A DNA stretch of 64,000 nucleotides from Vicugna vicugna (lineage: Eukaryota). The stretch covers positions 1,102,815-1,166,814 of the forward strand of contig MU061056.1 in NCBI GenBank assembly GCA_013265495.1, in the 5' to 3' direction. Position numbers and translations under genes: made by a program. Shown here piece by piece: positions 25,784 through 38,530 of the stretch. Under the pieces are notes generated by a model. That model had not been told where the DNA came from and searched no databases. It saw only the letters and a list, made by a program, of their open reading frames with translations. The first letter of the stretch is position 1, and each line of letters begins with the position of its first letter.

Positions 25784-26419
25784 AGAGGGCGTTTGTGGTA
25801 AAGGAGCAGAGCTCCCGGAACATTTTTGCTGAAAGCAGTATCTCTTGCAATTGTATTAAGAGAGATTTATAGGAGTTTATAGATCAGAATCACAGGTAAT
25901 CTACTCATCCATCAGTTCAAACTCAAACATTCCAGCTCATTTTAATATGCATCAGTAGATCAGAGAGGCCATCTGTCATCTAAGAGTATCTATCTTAAGG
26001 CTCACTAATCAGAGAAGTAAGAGCTGGCTGTGGAATGAAGGAGCTGGGAAATGGGTCCTTGCTGGCTGGTAGATTGAACCTCCTTGCTCCTTAATTTTCC
26101 CAAGTGTTTCAAAGAGAGGAAGAGTGCTCTATCCACAAATCTCACCCAGTATTTCCGGATATTTATTGTAAAGGAAAGGGGGAATTGAAAAATATCAAAA
26201 TGTGGGTATGGTTAAGGAAGATAAGCCTGCTGGTATGCCTTGGTGGGATAACGGAGAATATGAAACTCTGGACATCTGGAACATGCAAATTTAGAACAGT
26301 AATCATGAAAGATAAGGGCAAGATGGGGTGGGAAAGTGCCCAAAATGCAATTTTACAGTATTTTTAAAAATATGTTTGATCACTGTCCTTGTCCATTTGC
26401 CGTAGACGTTACTTAAAAC

Positions 26420-26830
26420 CTGAAAATGAATGAAATGCCTGAGTGTAGCTAGAAGAGAGAAGGGGTACACAGAGTGAGGACTAGAGGATTCCAGCCCTTA
26501 AGGATGGAGAGATGAGGAGACACAGCAAGGAGAACAAGATAAAGAGACCAGAGACCTGGGAGCAAATCAGGAAAGCATGGTGTCCTAGAAATCCAGTCTC
26601 GAAAGTGTTTCAGGGAGGAGGGAGACATCAGTTGCCCAAAGCTGACAGGCCAAGTAAAATGAGGATTGAAAATTCACCGTCGTTTTTAGTAAGGGGGGTG
26701 AGGGTTGCTGGTGACTCTCACAGAAGCAGTCTCAGTAGAGACATCTTATGGATGAGTTACTTTATCATAAAAGAAACCTTTTCTGAAGTATTTGTACAAA
26801 CTGGTTCTATGCATTTAATAAACACTCTAT
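26420..26830. mobile_element. L2 fragment
   Basis: 'gagcaaatcaggaaagcatggtgtcctagaaatccag...aagtgtttcagggaggaggg...aaaatgaggattgaaaatt' is typical L2 text. Confidence 0.7.
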
Positions 26831-27219
26831 GAAGTTAAATGTTGTTGATTGCCTTAAGGTATATCTCTTTCCCAAAGACTTTTTTTTTCCTTTTTCAGTT
26901 TTATTAGGGAGAATTATTACAGTTTGACTGCACATACACATTATATTGCATATAAATACATATATACTACACTTTTTTAAGTTTACATATATGTACTAAT
27001 TATTGTTTCTAAGAACAGATTAGATCTTTAGCTTTTTAAACTTACATAGTTATCAAAGGAATAAAACCAACTACAAAATAAGGATCAATGGAATGCAGTA
27101 ATCCAATCACAAAGGACAGTCAGATGTGCTTACACATATTCAAGAAATCAAATCCCGAAGACTTTTATTCCTAGGAAAAGCACTTAAGAGTTAGATGGAG
27201 ACTAAGAAGAGAAAAAGTG

Positions 27220-27600
27220 TAAACAATTAGTCTAGACAGCTTTTCTAAGGAGTGTTTCCATAAAAAGAATGAGAAGAATGGAGCAATGCCTGGAGGGAAA
27301 AGTCAGGTATAGAGAGTTTATTTTCTGTTACTATGAGAATAATAATAGGATATTTATATAGTGATGAAAGTAGTCTTATAAAAAAGAAAAAGGAACTAGT
27401 GATGCTGAAGAGGTGATGCAGGTGAATTACTGGAGCGGGGGACCTAACAGAGAAGAGACAGTTGTGGGTTCCCACCTCCTTGTTGCTGGAAAAGTGGAGG
27501 CCTGTGGATGGGCCATAGTGCTCTAAGCCCGTAGGACTCCTGAGATCCCTACCGTGTGCAGCTGATGTGAGCGTGGAGGTCAGCAATGATGCACGTGCAA
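27220..27600. mobile_element. L2 fragment (continuation)
   Basis: 'tagacagcttttctaaggag...gagaagaatggagcaatgcctggaggg' is L2-like. Confidence 0.55.
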
Positions 27601-28662
27601 GTCTCGGAGGTCCTGCTCAGTACCTCTTCACAGAAAAAGAGGGTACAGGGGGGCATTTAAATATGAGGCCATTGAGATACATACTCATCAGTCCTATGTT
27701 AGGGCTGTGAAACTACTGAAGGTAGTCATGACAACGCTGTTTCATGGAATGGATCTTAAAAGGTTATATAGCGTTTCATCCAGCTCAGCAGGGCTGTAGC
27801 TCAGCCAGTTCAGGTCATTACATTTTCTTCTGTACTGACCATAAATGGTCTTCTTTCGAGCTAAGAAAACTTAAGAGTTAACTAGCAATGCATGTATTCT
27901 CAAACTATAGAAACTTACAATGATGTCAAGCATAAAAGATACAGAAAAGTGCCACGTGGATAACACATTAAATATGGAAATAATATCTCATTTTTTCATT
28001 TTATCTCATAAAATATGCATATGGCTATGAATATGTGTTTCCTATTTTTTACATTTCAATATAAAATACCATATTATGTTGAAGTCTTAGCATTATATTT
28101 TTGTATAATTGCCTCAAATATTTTTAAGTAGACAGAGAATAAATAAATAACCACACATAAATTTAATTAATGTATTTATAGTCTGGCAGTTGAGGGATGT
28201 ATCCAATAATTTGCCAGTAATGTGCTTATTCGCATGCCTATTTGATCCCAAATTAAAAGAAAATGTTTCAGAGGATAGGCTTGTAGTCTTATGTCCCTTA
28301 TTCTTTACATTGATTTCTGTGTGACTCTTAAGATAGAAGTAAAAAATAAAATTTACTTTTTTTGTAGATGTACAAATTCCAAATCTTAAAGCCTTTAATT
28401 AAATATACAGTACTTGTAATTTTGTGCAAAGAATTTGGTAAAACATTTTAAAGATAATGTCTATGCAGGGATGACTTGTAAGAACAGGAAGGAGAAAACA
28501 GATCATTTCCTAATTTTAAACGTTGGAAGTGTTCACCCGGGGTTAGGTTTAATATGCACACTGGAACTGAAATAGTCAAGAAGGCATAAGTCTGTAGATC
28601 CAGTTCCAGCTGATGTGTGTTCTGTTGGAGACAATTCCCAGTGCCCAGGTGGGGACATGTAC

Positions 28663-28745
28663 CTGAGAGGACCAAGCAGGGGCAGGAATCTAAGATAAGA
28701 GTGTTAGTAAGAAAGGCGAAGCAGCTTCTATACCTGATGGCTTAC
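28663..28745 (-). other. Candidate 83-nt intron with consensus signals
   Basis: Minus strand reads gtaagc...cttTACTAACactc...ttggtcctctcag. Confidence 0.45.
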
Positions 28746-29775
28746 GTCATTCTGCAAGAGAGGGTGTGAAGAACAGCCGTGTCCAGGTAGCACGGTCTAC
28801 TTCTAGACACTCCTTTGTACCTTGGAGGGAAAAATTCTCTCCATGTTTCTGTGAAGCTGTGAACTTCCTTGAACTTTTTTGTTTAGAACTCTGCGCATCC
28901 TTTCATGATTTCTCACCATCACAGTCTTTAATGCCAAAGCAGCGTGGCTGAAATTAAGACAGAGAATAGCTTTGCTGCTGTGATGCTAATGACTCTCTCT
29001 TCCAAGTATTATCAAGTAGACAAGCAATTTAACTGTAAAGAAAAAAAATCAATTTTTATAGTTACTCAAGTCCCAGGACCTGGACACCCTGCTACCTATT
29101 TTTATTTTCTCTCCTTGGGGTGGCATTTACTTGTTTGAAAAAAGTACCTCTCCTTGCTGGATAGAGATGAAGGGGTGAAATATGTCTGAATTGGAGGCTA
29201 TATCTTGCTGGGGAAATTTTAATAATCACAAAACAAAATCCACCAACTCTAGGACATCTAATTTGTGTTGTCAAATCACCCATAATACGTGTATACTTTT
29301 ACTGGATTTGAAAAGCTTTTAAAAGATGTTAGGGAGGAAAAAAAAGAACTAAAACTTAGGATGTTCAAACATATCATATAAAGACTATAACTTTCATCTC
29401 TGGGGAATTTTATTTTCAATTTGTAGTATAAGCAAGGAATAGATAGATGACTTGTCAGTGTTTTTTAATAGACAAAGGAAATCCTACATGAGAACCAAAA
29501 TGGAATTGGCAATACAAGGAAATGAAAAAAGTAAGAATGAGCTCTGTTTTGAATTGCTGTAATTTATATTCATTAAAATCACTCAGCTTGATAAGCGAGC
29601 CTTTTTAAATACCAAGAACAAATTGTCAAAGAGCTGTCATTGTACTCTTCTCTAGTGAGATAATCAGTTCCTTATTGTGAAGGTAGAAATAGCATCCTGG
29701 CTTTGACTGAGTTTTCGACTTGGTGGCCTGTGCAAGTAGTAACGATGCAGGTTCTAAGGGTTAATTCTTGCCTAG

Positions 29776-29829
29776 CCTGGCACATTCACAGACTTGCATG
29801 GTTCAGAATTCAGACCCAGTCTTGGTAAG
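29776..29829 (+). other. Candidate 54-nt exon
   Basis: Acceptor 'ttaattcttgcctag|C' and perfect donor 'AAG|gtaagt'. Confidence 0.4.
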
Positions 29830-31581
29830 GTAAGTTCCATAGAAAATCGGGTAAAAGAGTATGGATTAATCCTGGGGGCTGTGAATTACTCAAAAACCCA
29901 TTTTGGCTGACAGTGGATAAGCCTGGATATCTGTATGTAAGGCAGCCTCAGCATTTGGCGACTGAATTTTCTGGTTCATTGTAACTTTAGATAGAGCAAG
30001 CACAACCTTCATGACAGAGCTGCCAGTCCTCTTTAATCAGTAGTTCTATGCACTGGTTCAACATGAAGCATCCCTGTGGGAGTAAAGGGTAGAATTGGAA
30101 ACCACATGCATTTGTTCAGTCATGTGTGTTCATTGCTGAAGGTTTTAAGTTGAACATTGTTTTCGGTTTATACTTGGACATCTCATATGAGGAGGTGGTG
30201 TTATTTGCCAGCGTTAACAGTCTTACGACTCCTCAGCCAGAACAGAAAAGAACCTTTCCATCATTGTATGTCTCCTCACTTAGCATTCCATTATTTTTCT
30301 GTAATACTCTTCTATTTTCCCCTGAAAATAGCCTACTAATTTTGTGACTTAATCAAAGGATGTTTCCAACATATGCACAGGACAGGAAAGCCTAAAGGAA
30401 CAACATGAAGTGCACATTCATCCATTCATCCCCCATCATCCTAGGGACACATGTTGGCTGCTCACCATACCATTTGCCGGTAGTTTAAAAAAAAAAAATA
30501 AGCCACGTGCAACTTTCAAAGAAGATCAACTTCTTTTGAGCTGTTCATAAAACTGGTTTCAATCCAGCCAACATTTTAACCTTTAGAACCAACCTCTTTG
30601 AGCAAGGAACAACATATATGCCAGATTCAGGGAGATAGTAAGCCAACGCATTTGGGAAAATAGTGAATGAATTGGCATTTAATTAATAGCCGTTGAATGT
30701 CTGCTTTGTATTAAAAAAAAAAGAGAGAGAGAAAAGAAGAACAACAAAGTTGACTTGAAAAATTTCCACTGTTCCTGAATTTGGCATCTCTGTAGATACT
30801 TTTAGTAGAAAGTAGTTACATGTAGTATCCTTAAGTCTGTTTCTCTAAAATTTCTATGTCTTCAATAATAAGTGTGATAGTTCTTTTAAACGTGGTCTGA
30901 CTGAACAGTATGATTTTACCCTCAATTACTGGCCCACCTTTCTCTATTCAAAGATTCTGGATATCCTTGTGCATTGAAAATCTATTACAAATATTGCATT
31001 CAGTGTAAAAAGATACTGTCTCCAATGCTTTTCATTGCTGTTTCTGGGAGAAAACTTCAATTAAATGTCGATGTATTGATGTACTCCAACACATCTTAAG
31101 AAAGCTTGAGCAGTAGCAATTTCCACAAGTAGGGGCTAGGAGCTGGAGAAGGACCAACTAAAGGAAACTAAATCCAGTCAAAGTGTGTGTATATGCGGCA
31201 GGGCAGCAGGTGGTGTGGCTTCCCATGGATTTGCCATAATTTTAGCCCGTGTACTTTGCATGCTTTCATGCTTCGTGCCTATATAATTTAATTTATTTCT
31301 AATACCAGCAAGTGGACCCATAGAATGACTGTCAAACTCTATAACTTCCATAATTTTATTTTGTTCTGTCTCTTCAGTTCCAACTTTATATCCAAAAGCA
31401 TTGCACTGATTTTTGATCAGGTCTTAATTTGAAGCTCAGTACCTAGGCACTTTGGTGTTTTTACAAAGTGCTAATATTATTAATTCATAGAACCTTTCAG
31501 AATAAAAGCCATGACATCCAAATCAGAAAGGCACCGAGACGACACTTCACATGTATAGTGTTAAACAACAGAATACACAGT

Positions 31582-31698
31582 GGGTTGCCAAATTTTCCAA
31601 ATAAAAATACATATTACATGGGATATAGTTATACTAAAAAATTGTGTTTATCTGTAATTCAGATGTAACTGGGCATCATGTAATTTGTCTGGCAACCC
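31582..31698. mobile_element. Internally deleted MER53-like MITE
   Basis: Terminal inverted repeats gggttgcca/tggcaaccc; internal 'ttatactaaaaaatt...gtttatctgtaattcagatgtaactgggcatc' as in MER53. Confidence 0.75.
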
Positions 31699-32369
31699 CA
31701 CTGTATAGACCTAAATGAAATAGAAAATTAGAGTAGGTAGATTATGCGTTAACTCTCCTGCCCAGACACAAACTACCAAAAGGAAAGTTAATGATTTGTC
31801 GATAAGAGTTTATTCTTGTATATAGAATTAGATCTCCCTTTTAGTGTTGTAATACAGCAAAAAGTCATATTCTGAATAATTACAGTGTGAGATTAACTAC
31901 CTTAAATTGCTTTTAATGACTGGAGGCCAGGGCTTATTCAGAGGAAGCTTTCCTTATGAAACTAGAAAAATCATATCACCTGCGTATTTTAAGTTATTAA
32001 TACTTGGCCCAAAACTTGAAAAATGTAATTTTATTATTAGAGAAAAAACTATTAGAATATAAGCTGGGATGGTAATTGGAGGACGGAGATATAATCAATT
32101 TTATGTTTTTAGCCTTTATTTTCTAATATCTCTACTTTAAAAAAAAACTTTAAAATAAAAAATCTATTGAAAAGATGAGATTAAAAAGAACAATTTCATG
32201 CTAAGAGCTATTTGTAAATTACATACCTTGTTCTAATAGCAATAAACAATTAAGTATTTTTATCCTTGAAATACTTAATTTTTTGTCCTTTAATACTTGA
32301 AATTTTTATCCTTTATATGCTTTAAAAAGAATATGAGTCAGCTAAAAAGAAAGGTACCTTGATTGTTTA

Positions 32370-32520
32370 GATTCTAGTCCTGGACTTACTTACCACTTCC
32401 TAGTTTTTATGCTTTGGTTCTTTATCTGTAAAATGAGGATAGTAATATTATCTAATTCAAAGAGCAGTTTTGAGCATTAAATGAGTTAGGGTAAAATGAG
32501 TTAGTATAAAATCCCTGACT
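32370..32520. mobile_element. MIR fragment
   Basis: 'ttctttatctgtaaaatgaggatagtaatattatctaattcaaagagcagttttgagcattaaatgag' matches the MIR core. Confidence 0.75.
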
Positions 32521-32870
32521 CCTAGGAAATGCTAGGTAGACCTAGTGTTAATGGTAGTTATTCTTATTCACGCGTATAAACAGGGTTTATTTGTTCATTT
32601 TTACTTGTGCTTTTGGTTTTGCTTTTAATTCATTGAGCCGAGAGGTTGCCTGATTTAAGAAGATGCTAAAATGCCAAAAGTTGCTGCTTGCTCATTTTGG
32701 AAACAAACCCAGGGAGAAGCTGTGGTAATGGGAAAGCCCTAGAAAGAGCAATAAGAGTAACAAGTATGATTTCAAAATTCCTCTTTAACAGATTCTGGGC
32801 AGCTGCCATAAACAAATATTTAGCTGCCAGAAACAACTTCCTATTTCTGGTAGACTTGAAATGCAAATAG

Positions 32871-33233
32871 TGATCTTAACTCAGGCTCCTGTAACAGAAT
32901 ACTGTAGTCTGGGTGACTGGAGCAGCAGGCATGTGTTTCCGCAGTTGTGGAGGCTGGGAGGTACAGGATCAGGGTGACTGCAGATTAGGTTCTTGGTGAG
33001 GGCCTTCTTCCTGGCTCACAGTCAGCCACCTCGCTGTGTCCTCACGTAGGGGAGAGGAAGCTCTGGTGTCTTTGCCTTTTCTTTCAAATTCACCAATCCC
33101 ACCCTGGAGGCTGCACCCTGACGAGTTTATGCAAACCTCTTTATCCTCCAGAGGTCCCACATGCTAATACCATCATATTGAGACTTAGGGTTTCAAAGTT
33201 CAAAATTTGGTGAAACACAGGCAGTCCATAGCA
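32871..33233 (-). mobile_element. MLT1A-like MaLR solo LTR
   Basis: 'ctgtaacagaatactgtagtctgggtgac...ggaggctgggaggtacaggatcaggg...ggttcttggtgagggcc...taataccatcatattgagacttagggtttcaa...cagtccatagca'. Confidence 0.8.
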
Positions 33234-33736
33234 CTAACCACTGCCATTTTGATATAATGTATTCACACTTACCACCCTTGTGCACACAAAACTTGACTGG
33301 GATGCCATCCTCCAGAAAGTGCAGGGTATCAGAGAGCCCCTTGCCTTTTGTGAAATCAGTGAACTATTTCTTTGTCAAGAGTCTTACCCTCAAGTGTCTT
33401 TTTTTTTTCTATCTGACCACTCCCCATTTATTTTCTCCTCAAAATTAAAAGGGAGAAAAAAGTATGATACTCTGAGAGCAATTGGGAACAACACTTGTAG
33501 ATTATAACTGGATTTGATCCACTGTTACTTTCCTTTCTGTTATCACATCAATATTCCCTCGAAAGGATAGCATATAACAGAGAGGAAGATGACTCAAAAT
33601 TGATATGCAATCCAGCTGTGCATATGTGACTCATCTTCATATGGAGTTAAAAATAAATTCCTGATCAGATTTAAACTTTATAGAGAAATATGTTTACCTG
33701 TGTTCCAGATGCATATGATGTCTATTTCCTATCCAA

Positions 33737-33769
33737 ACACACACACACACAGACACACACACACACGTA

Positions 33770-33802
<33 letters not shown>
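33737..33802. repeat. Compound (CA)n(TA)n microsatellite
   Basis: Directly seen. Confidence 0.95.
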
Positions 33803-35319
33803 TTTGATAGTTACAGGATTTGAAGACTAAAGTGTGTGGGAGAAATGAGTTTAATTTTGATTGAAAATAAAAATTTGATAAGATTGATTATTAGATCCTT
33901 CACACGAATAGTAATATAGCAAAATATAATTTATAATTAGATTATGTGAAAGCAAAATATTTATCACCTTTTATAATAACTTAAGTGGTATAGAATAAAA
34001 AGTCCAACTTCAAATAGGTGCATACACTTATAGTATGGTATTTTTAAAGTATTAAAAATATATATATCACTTTAAAAAAGCTATATATATCACTTAATTT
34101 TAAAGTGAAATTATTCTAAGTAATATATTTCTTTGTCATCTCTATAAAATAATCTGTAGAAATCCATAAATATATTTTTATAGTTTTACTTAATTCAACC
34201 TAAGGTTTAAAGCATATTATTGTTTGAAGAGTTTTAATGTATAATGAAATAAAAAAATCATTTTCTTAGTTTTGGAGAAAACTGCTTTTTTCTGGTTTAA
34301 TATATTATGTTTAATGAAACTATCTTTTAAAGTAAAATATTACAAAAGTAAAAAATTACTGCATTAGGAGTAAATATTCAAAGGGACTGTAATTAGATTG
34401 AGTCTTCCCCTTCATTAAGCATATGGACAAATCAGATGTACATTTTCATTTCAAAAGTTTATTATAGGGAAAACACATAAATATAATTATAAGCATTCTC
34501 ATTAATGTATCTTTGATTTCTTGCCATTCTGTATACATGTCCGATTCCACATCTATGCAGGCCATTATCCTGAATTGAGTTTCTGCTTTAGGGTATGTGG
34601 ACCATCATTATATTTGGAAGGCTTTCTGTCACGTACGAGCAAATATCCATAAAAGTAACACTGATGCTTAGTCTCGAAAATCTTTGAACATAAATGCAGT
34701 TAATGAAGTGAGTGACTATGTAGGAATTGTTTTGACTTTTTGATTAAGATTTGTAATTTATCATGGCAAGTCACTTTTTAAATGTGTGCTGTGGGCTGCC
34801 TTATGACAAGACTTGGGTTACAACAGATTCAGTGGTTAATAGTGAGGAGATTACTTTTCAGGTAAGGTCTGCCAACTATGTTGGTTTCAAAGAAGAATTT
34901 CTAGATGTTCTTGGAAAGTGCTGCTTACTTAAGAGCAGAGAACATATCTTTCAGTTTGGCTTCGTTATAACTTAGTAAAATGTTGGCACAGGATCTTATT
35001 CTGAGTGTGAGTTCAAATGATCCACGTCTCGCTACTCTGAAGGCCCCTCTCCTTCTCAGCAATGCTTCTTTCAGTCAGGATACTTTCAGTAAGTCTTAAT
35101 TGATGAGTAAAATAAATACGATCACTGTCTTCAAAGAATGCCTACTCTGGTCACATTAATCCAACAAGTATGTTTACAAAATGTTGAAAGTTCTCAGGAG
35201 GAAAATGCCAATTTCTGTAAGAGGGTCAAATGATGTGTTGTGGTATCACCTATGTTGGTAAAACTTCCAAAAGCAAACCACAAAAATATCTTTGTTCATT
35301 GATCCTACATATATAAGAG

Positions 35320-35815
35320 GTAAAATTAAAAAACAAAAGTCTGATAATGATACCTGTTAAAGGAAATCATCTTGGCAAAAAAGTGGCAAAAGCCGATTTT
35401 ATGCAGGAACTATTACTAGAGTGGAAAAAAGACAGGATGAAATTGTGCTTAATTCCAGACACAACAAGCATAAGTGGACATTTATGACTGAGGAGCAGGG
35501 TCAGACAAGGGATGTCAATGGATAGAAGATCACTAAGAGGAAACATCAAAGGAATTCTGATTAAAAGGCTTGAAGGGATTCTTGCTGAAGGCAGGCCGGG
35601 GTGACCAGACATCACTTGAGAGGCAGTGAGGGTGAAACATGTGATCAGATATCTTGGGGACCAGATATTGTGGGTAGGGGATTCTGCTTAAACTAATTTA
35701 GCAAAATTTTGCAGAAATTAGGCCATGCAAAGTCAGACATGGAAGTCCAGATGCTAAGGTTTGATTGAGAAGAGGGTTCAGAGGAGCCTGGTAAAAATAG
35801 GAGAGAGTCTTTGTC
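35320..35815 (-). mobile_element. MER31-like ERV1 LTR
   Basis: 'actaagaggaaacatca...ggattcttgctgaaggcaggccggggtgaccagacatcac...gagaagagggttcagaggagcctg...gagagagtctttgtc' matches the reverse of MER31. Confidence 0.75.
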
Positions 35816-37369
35816 CTACAGACAGCGTTTGGGAAGGTCTACTTCTGGGGAAGGAGGAGTGGGAAGGAATGCAGAGTTTAACGTTACCAGTATTTGCCAA
35901 TTTTTATAAAAAAAGAAAACTGAATCAGAGACCACAAAAATGTTAATTTTTATGAAATCTAGGTTGCAGTTGTCTATTGTATTATTTAGTGAATCTTTGA
36001 AATATTTTGTAACATACAAGTTCTCTTTTAAGAAGGAAATGTTATTTGAGCTGAAATATAAAAGATGGGTAGAAATGACTTAGGCAGAGGAGAGCTGATG
36101 GTGGGGTTGGCGTTGAGAGAGTGTTACAGGGGAGTGTTGCTAACACTGTTAATTAAGTTAATTAAGAATTAAGTTACTAGAAATAAGACATAACTTAGGT
36201 ATATTTAGAAGTGTATATGCGTGTATGTGTGGGTATACAAATACATTTATGTATCATTTATGTGCTTGTTACTTTCCTAAAAGTTTTTGATGAACTTCTC
36301 AGTTTATCAAAGAAATGTTCCCTGAAATGTTTACTGGCACAATAAATCTATGTAATTAATTATATGCTATCTAAATTATGAATTAATTATTTTAAGACCT
36401 TTAATTTAATAAGAACAAACGTTATATTAATTAGAGAAATGCCAACGCCGCACTTTCACAAATTGAAGTATGAAAATCAAAGCATTGTAGAGTTGTTCCT
36501 TGTAGTTTATAATATCTTCATGTTGATGGAGTTTTTTTGTTGTTGTTCTATAATTTTCCTCTCAGATGTGGAATTAATTTCTTGCCTCTAATTAATATTG
36601 AGATAATAGAATCATGGTAAGAAGACTGTTTCTGAATCACTTATTCTCATTCAACCTTTTACTCTTGGCTTGAAATTTCTTTCATATGGAATGTAGTATG
36701 TGTCATTGTTTAAAATCCAAGTTTCCAAAATCTGTTTTGTTTTTTTTTTAATTTGATACATCTATCTGTATTTGAGAATAGACCATATTTACTATTAAAG
36801 TCAGGGGGTAGGCTTTAAATCCTATTTAAGATTGTGCATTCTTACATATCCTGTAATTTTAACTTAAAGTTGTTCATCACCAAATGGCACATAACCTGTA
36901 GGTGTCCTTCAGATTCAAAGTGGATCTATCTTGTGGGGAAAAAGAAAAAAAAAACTTTATCAAAGTTGCTCCAAACTTTAATGCATACATTTTAAAAGAA
37001 AATTGACATGCTACCAATACACTGTTAATGATTTAAAAAAAATAGGACCTTCTTGCCCTATTAACTGCTAATTAGTAAATTACTTGAATGTACTTACAAA
37101 TCCGAGCCCTACTCATCTAGCTAGTCCCCTAGATTCCAAAGAAAAGTCCTAAAATACGTAATTCCAAACCTAATACATGACTTACAATCTACGAGAAGAA
37201 TAAACATATAGATGCATAGTAATATAAGATGGTTTCTCCTAAGGCCCCATTGTGTGACCAGCCATCTGTAGGTTTAAATGGAGGGATGGCACTCAACAAC
37301 CAGGTGCTTCCTTCTACCCTTACCGTGCAGTTTGTCTGCATCTTGTGAAACGATAGCTGATCTCTGCTG

Positions 37370-37530
37370 TGTACCCCATGACCTGGGGCCCACCACTCAC
37401 CTCTTCAAGCCCCATTTCCACACTAGTAGAATAGGGACTGCCCCTGGCTCACTGCTGGTTGGAAAGAGTCAGTGATTGGACATGTATGAATCAGCTAATT
37501 CACTCCAGTGTCTGACAGACAGTGGGTGCT
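37370..37530. mobile_element. MIR fragment
   Basis: 'cactcacctcttcaagccccatttccacactagtagaatagggact...cagtgtctgacagacagtgggtgctcagt' is MIR-like. Confidence 0.55.
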
Positions 37531-38199
37531 CAGTCACTGTTACTTCATGTCCCCTCTCTGAAACAGTGCTTACAGTAGATTTTCCTTCAGATACTATTCC
37601 TGTGGTTTTTCATCTCATGAAGTTAACAGAAATAGCTTAGGAAGAATGCACACTATCATCCATGTAACATTAAAAATATAGAATGATGTAATGGTAATTT
37701 TAAGATGTCTTGGGAAAAAACTCCTGTTGCATCTTCAATACATGTTGCACATCAGCTGAGTGAACTGTCTCTTCTCCCTTCAATCTACCAATTTTAAGTG
37801 TGTCTACACTGATAGCAGGGGGGTCAGTGTATCAAAGATATTAGTGCCTTTGGGACTGCTCCTCATTCTTTCAGTCTAAAATAATGATCCAGGTAAAAGA
37901 ATACTCAGAAAGAAGTACAAGAAGACATAATGGGAGAAAATATTATGCTATTATCATATGCTATGTATTTACTTCCTGACAGATACCACCTTAGAGAATT
38001 TGGTAGTAGAATAAAAATATTAGAATGGAGCTTGACACTAAAGATATTATAGTTATTTATATTATGAGGAGTTGGAAATATTCTCAGTATTACTAGTACT
38101 GAGAAGGAAAGAAGAACCTTCCTAGACAAAAGTGGTTGGGAATTGTTTATAAGTTATTCAGAGAAGAATGGGAAATAAAAACCCAGGGAGTTTTAAAAC

Positions 38200-38405
38200 T
38201 TAAATAGAATTATATGATCCAGCAATCCCATTTGGAGGTGCATACCCAAAGGAACTGGAGAAGGGACTGAAACATACCCCTATACACCAGTGTTCATGGC
38301 AATATTAGTACCAGTGGTCAGAAGTTCCCGGACAATAGTTGAAACAACCCAAATGTCCATTGACAGGTGAATGGATACATAAAATGTGGTCTCTACATGC
38401 AATCG
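38200..38405 (+). mobile_element. L1M (L1MB-like) fragment
   Basis: 'tatgatccagcaatcccatttggaggtgcatacccaaaggaa...aacaacccaaatgtccattgacaggtgaatggata' is typical of the L1 ORF2 end/3'UTR. Confidence 0.85.
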
Positions 38406-38409
38406 ATTA

Positions 38410-38530
38410 TTATTATTTTTGTTATTTTATTGAAGCATAGTCAGATTACAGTGTCAATTTCTGGTGCACAGCATAATGTTTCAATCATATACACACATAT
38501 ATATTTGTTTCGCTCATCTATTTTATATAT
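38410..38530 (-). mobile_element. Short L1 3'-end fragment (artiodactyl/camelid-type)
   Basis: 'ttttattgaagcatagtcagattacagtgtcaatttctggtgcacagcataatg' resembles the other L1 3' ends in the window. Confidence 0.65.

Noticed and set aside
34780-34866. Donor CAG|gtaagg at about 34860
   Set aside because: No convincing upstream acceptor to define an exon
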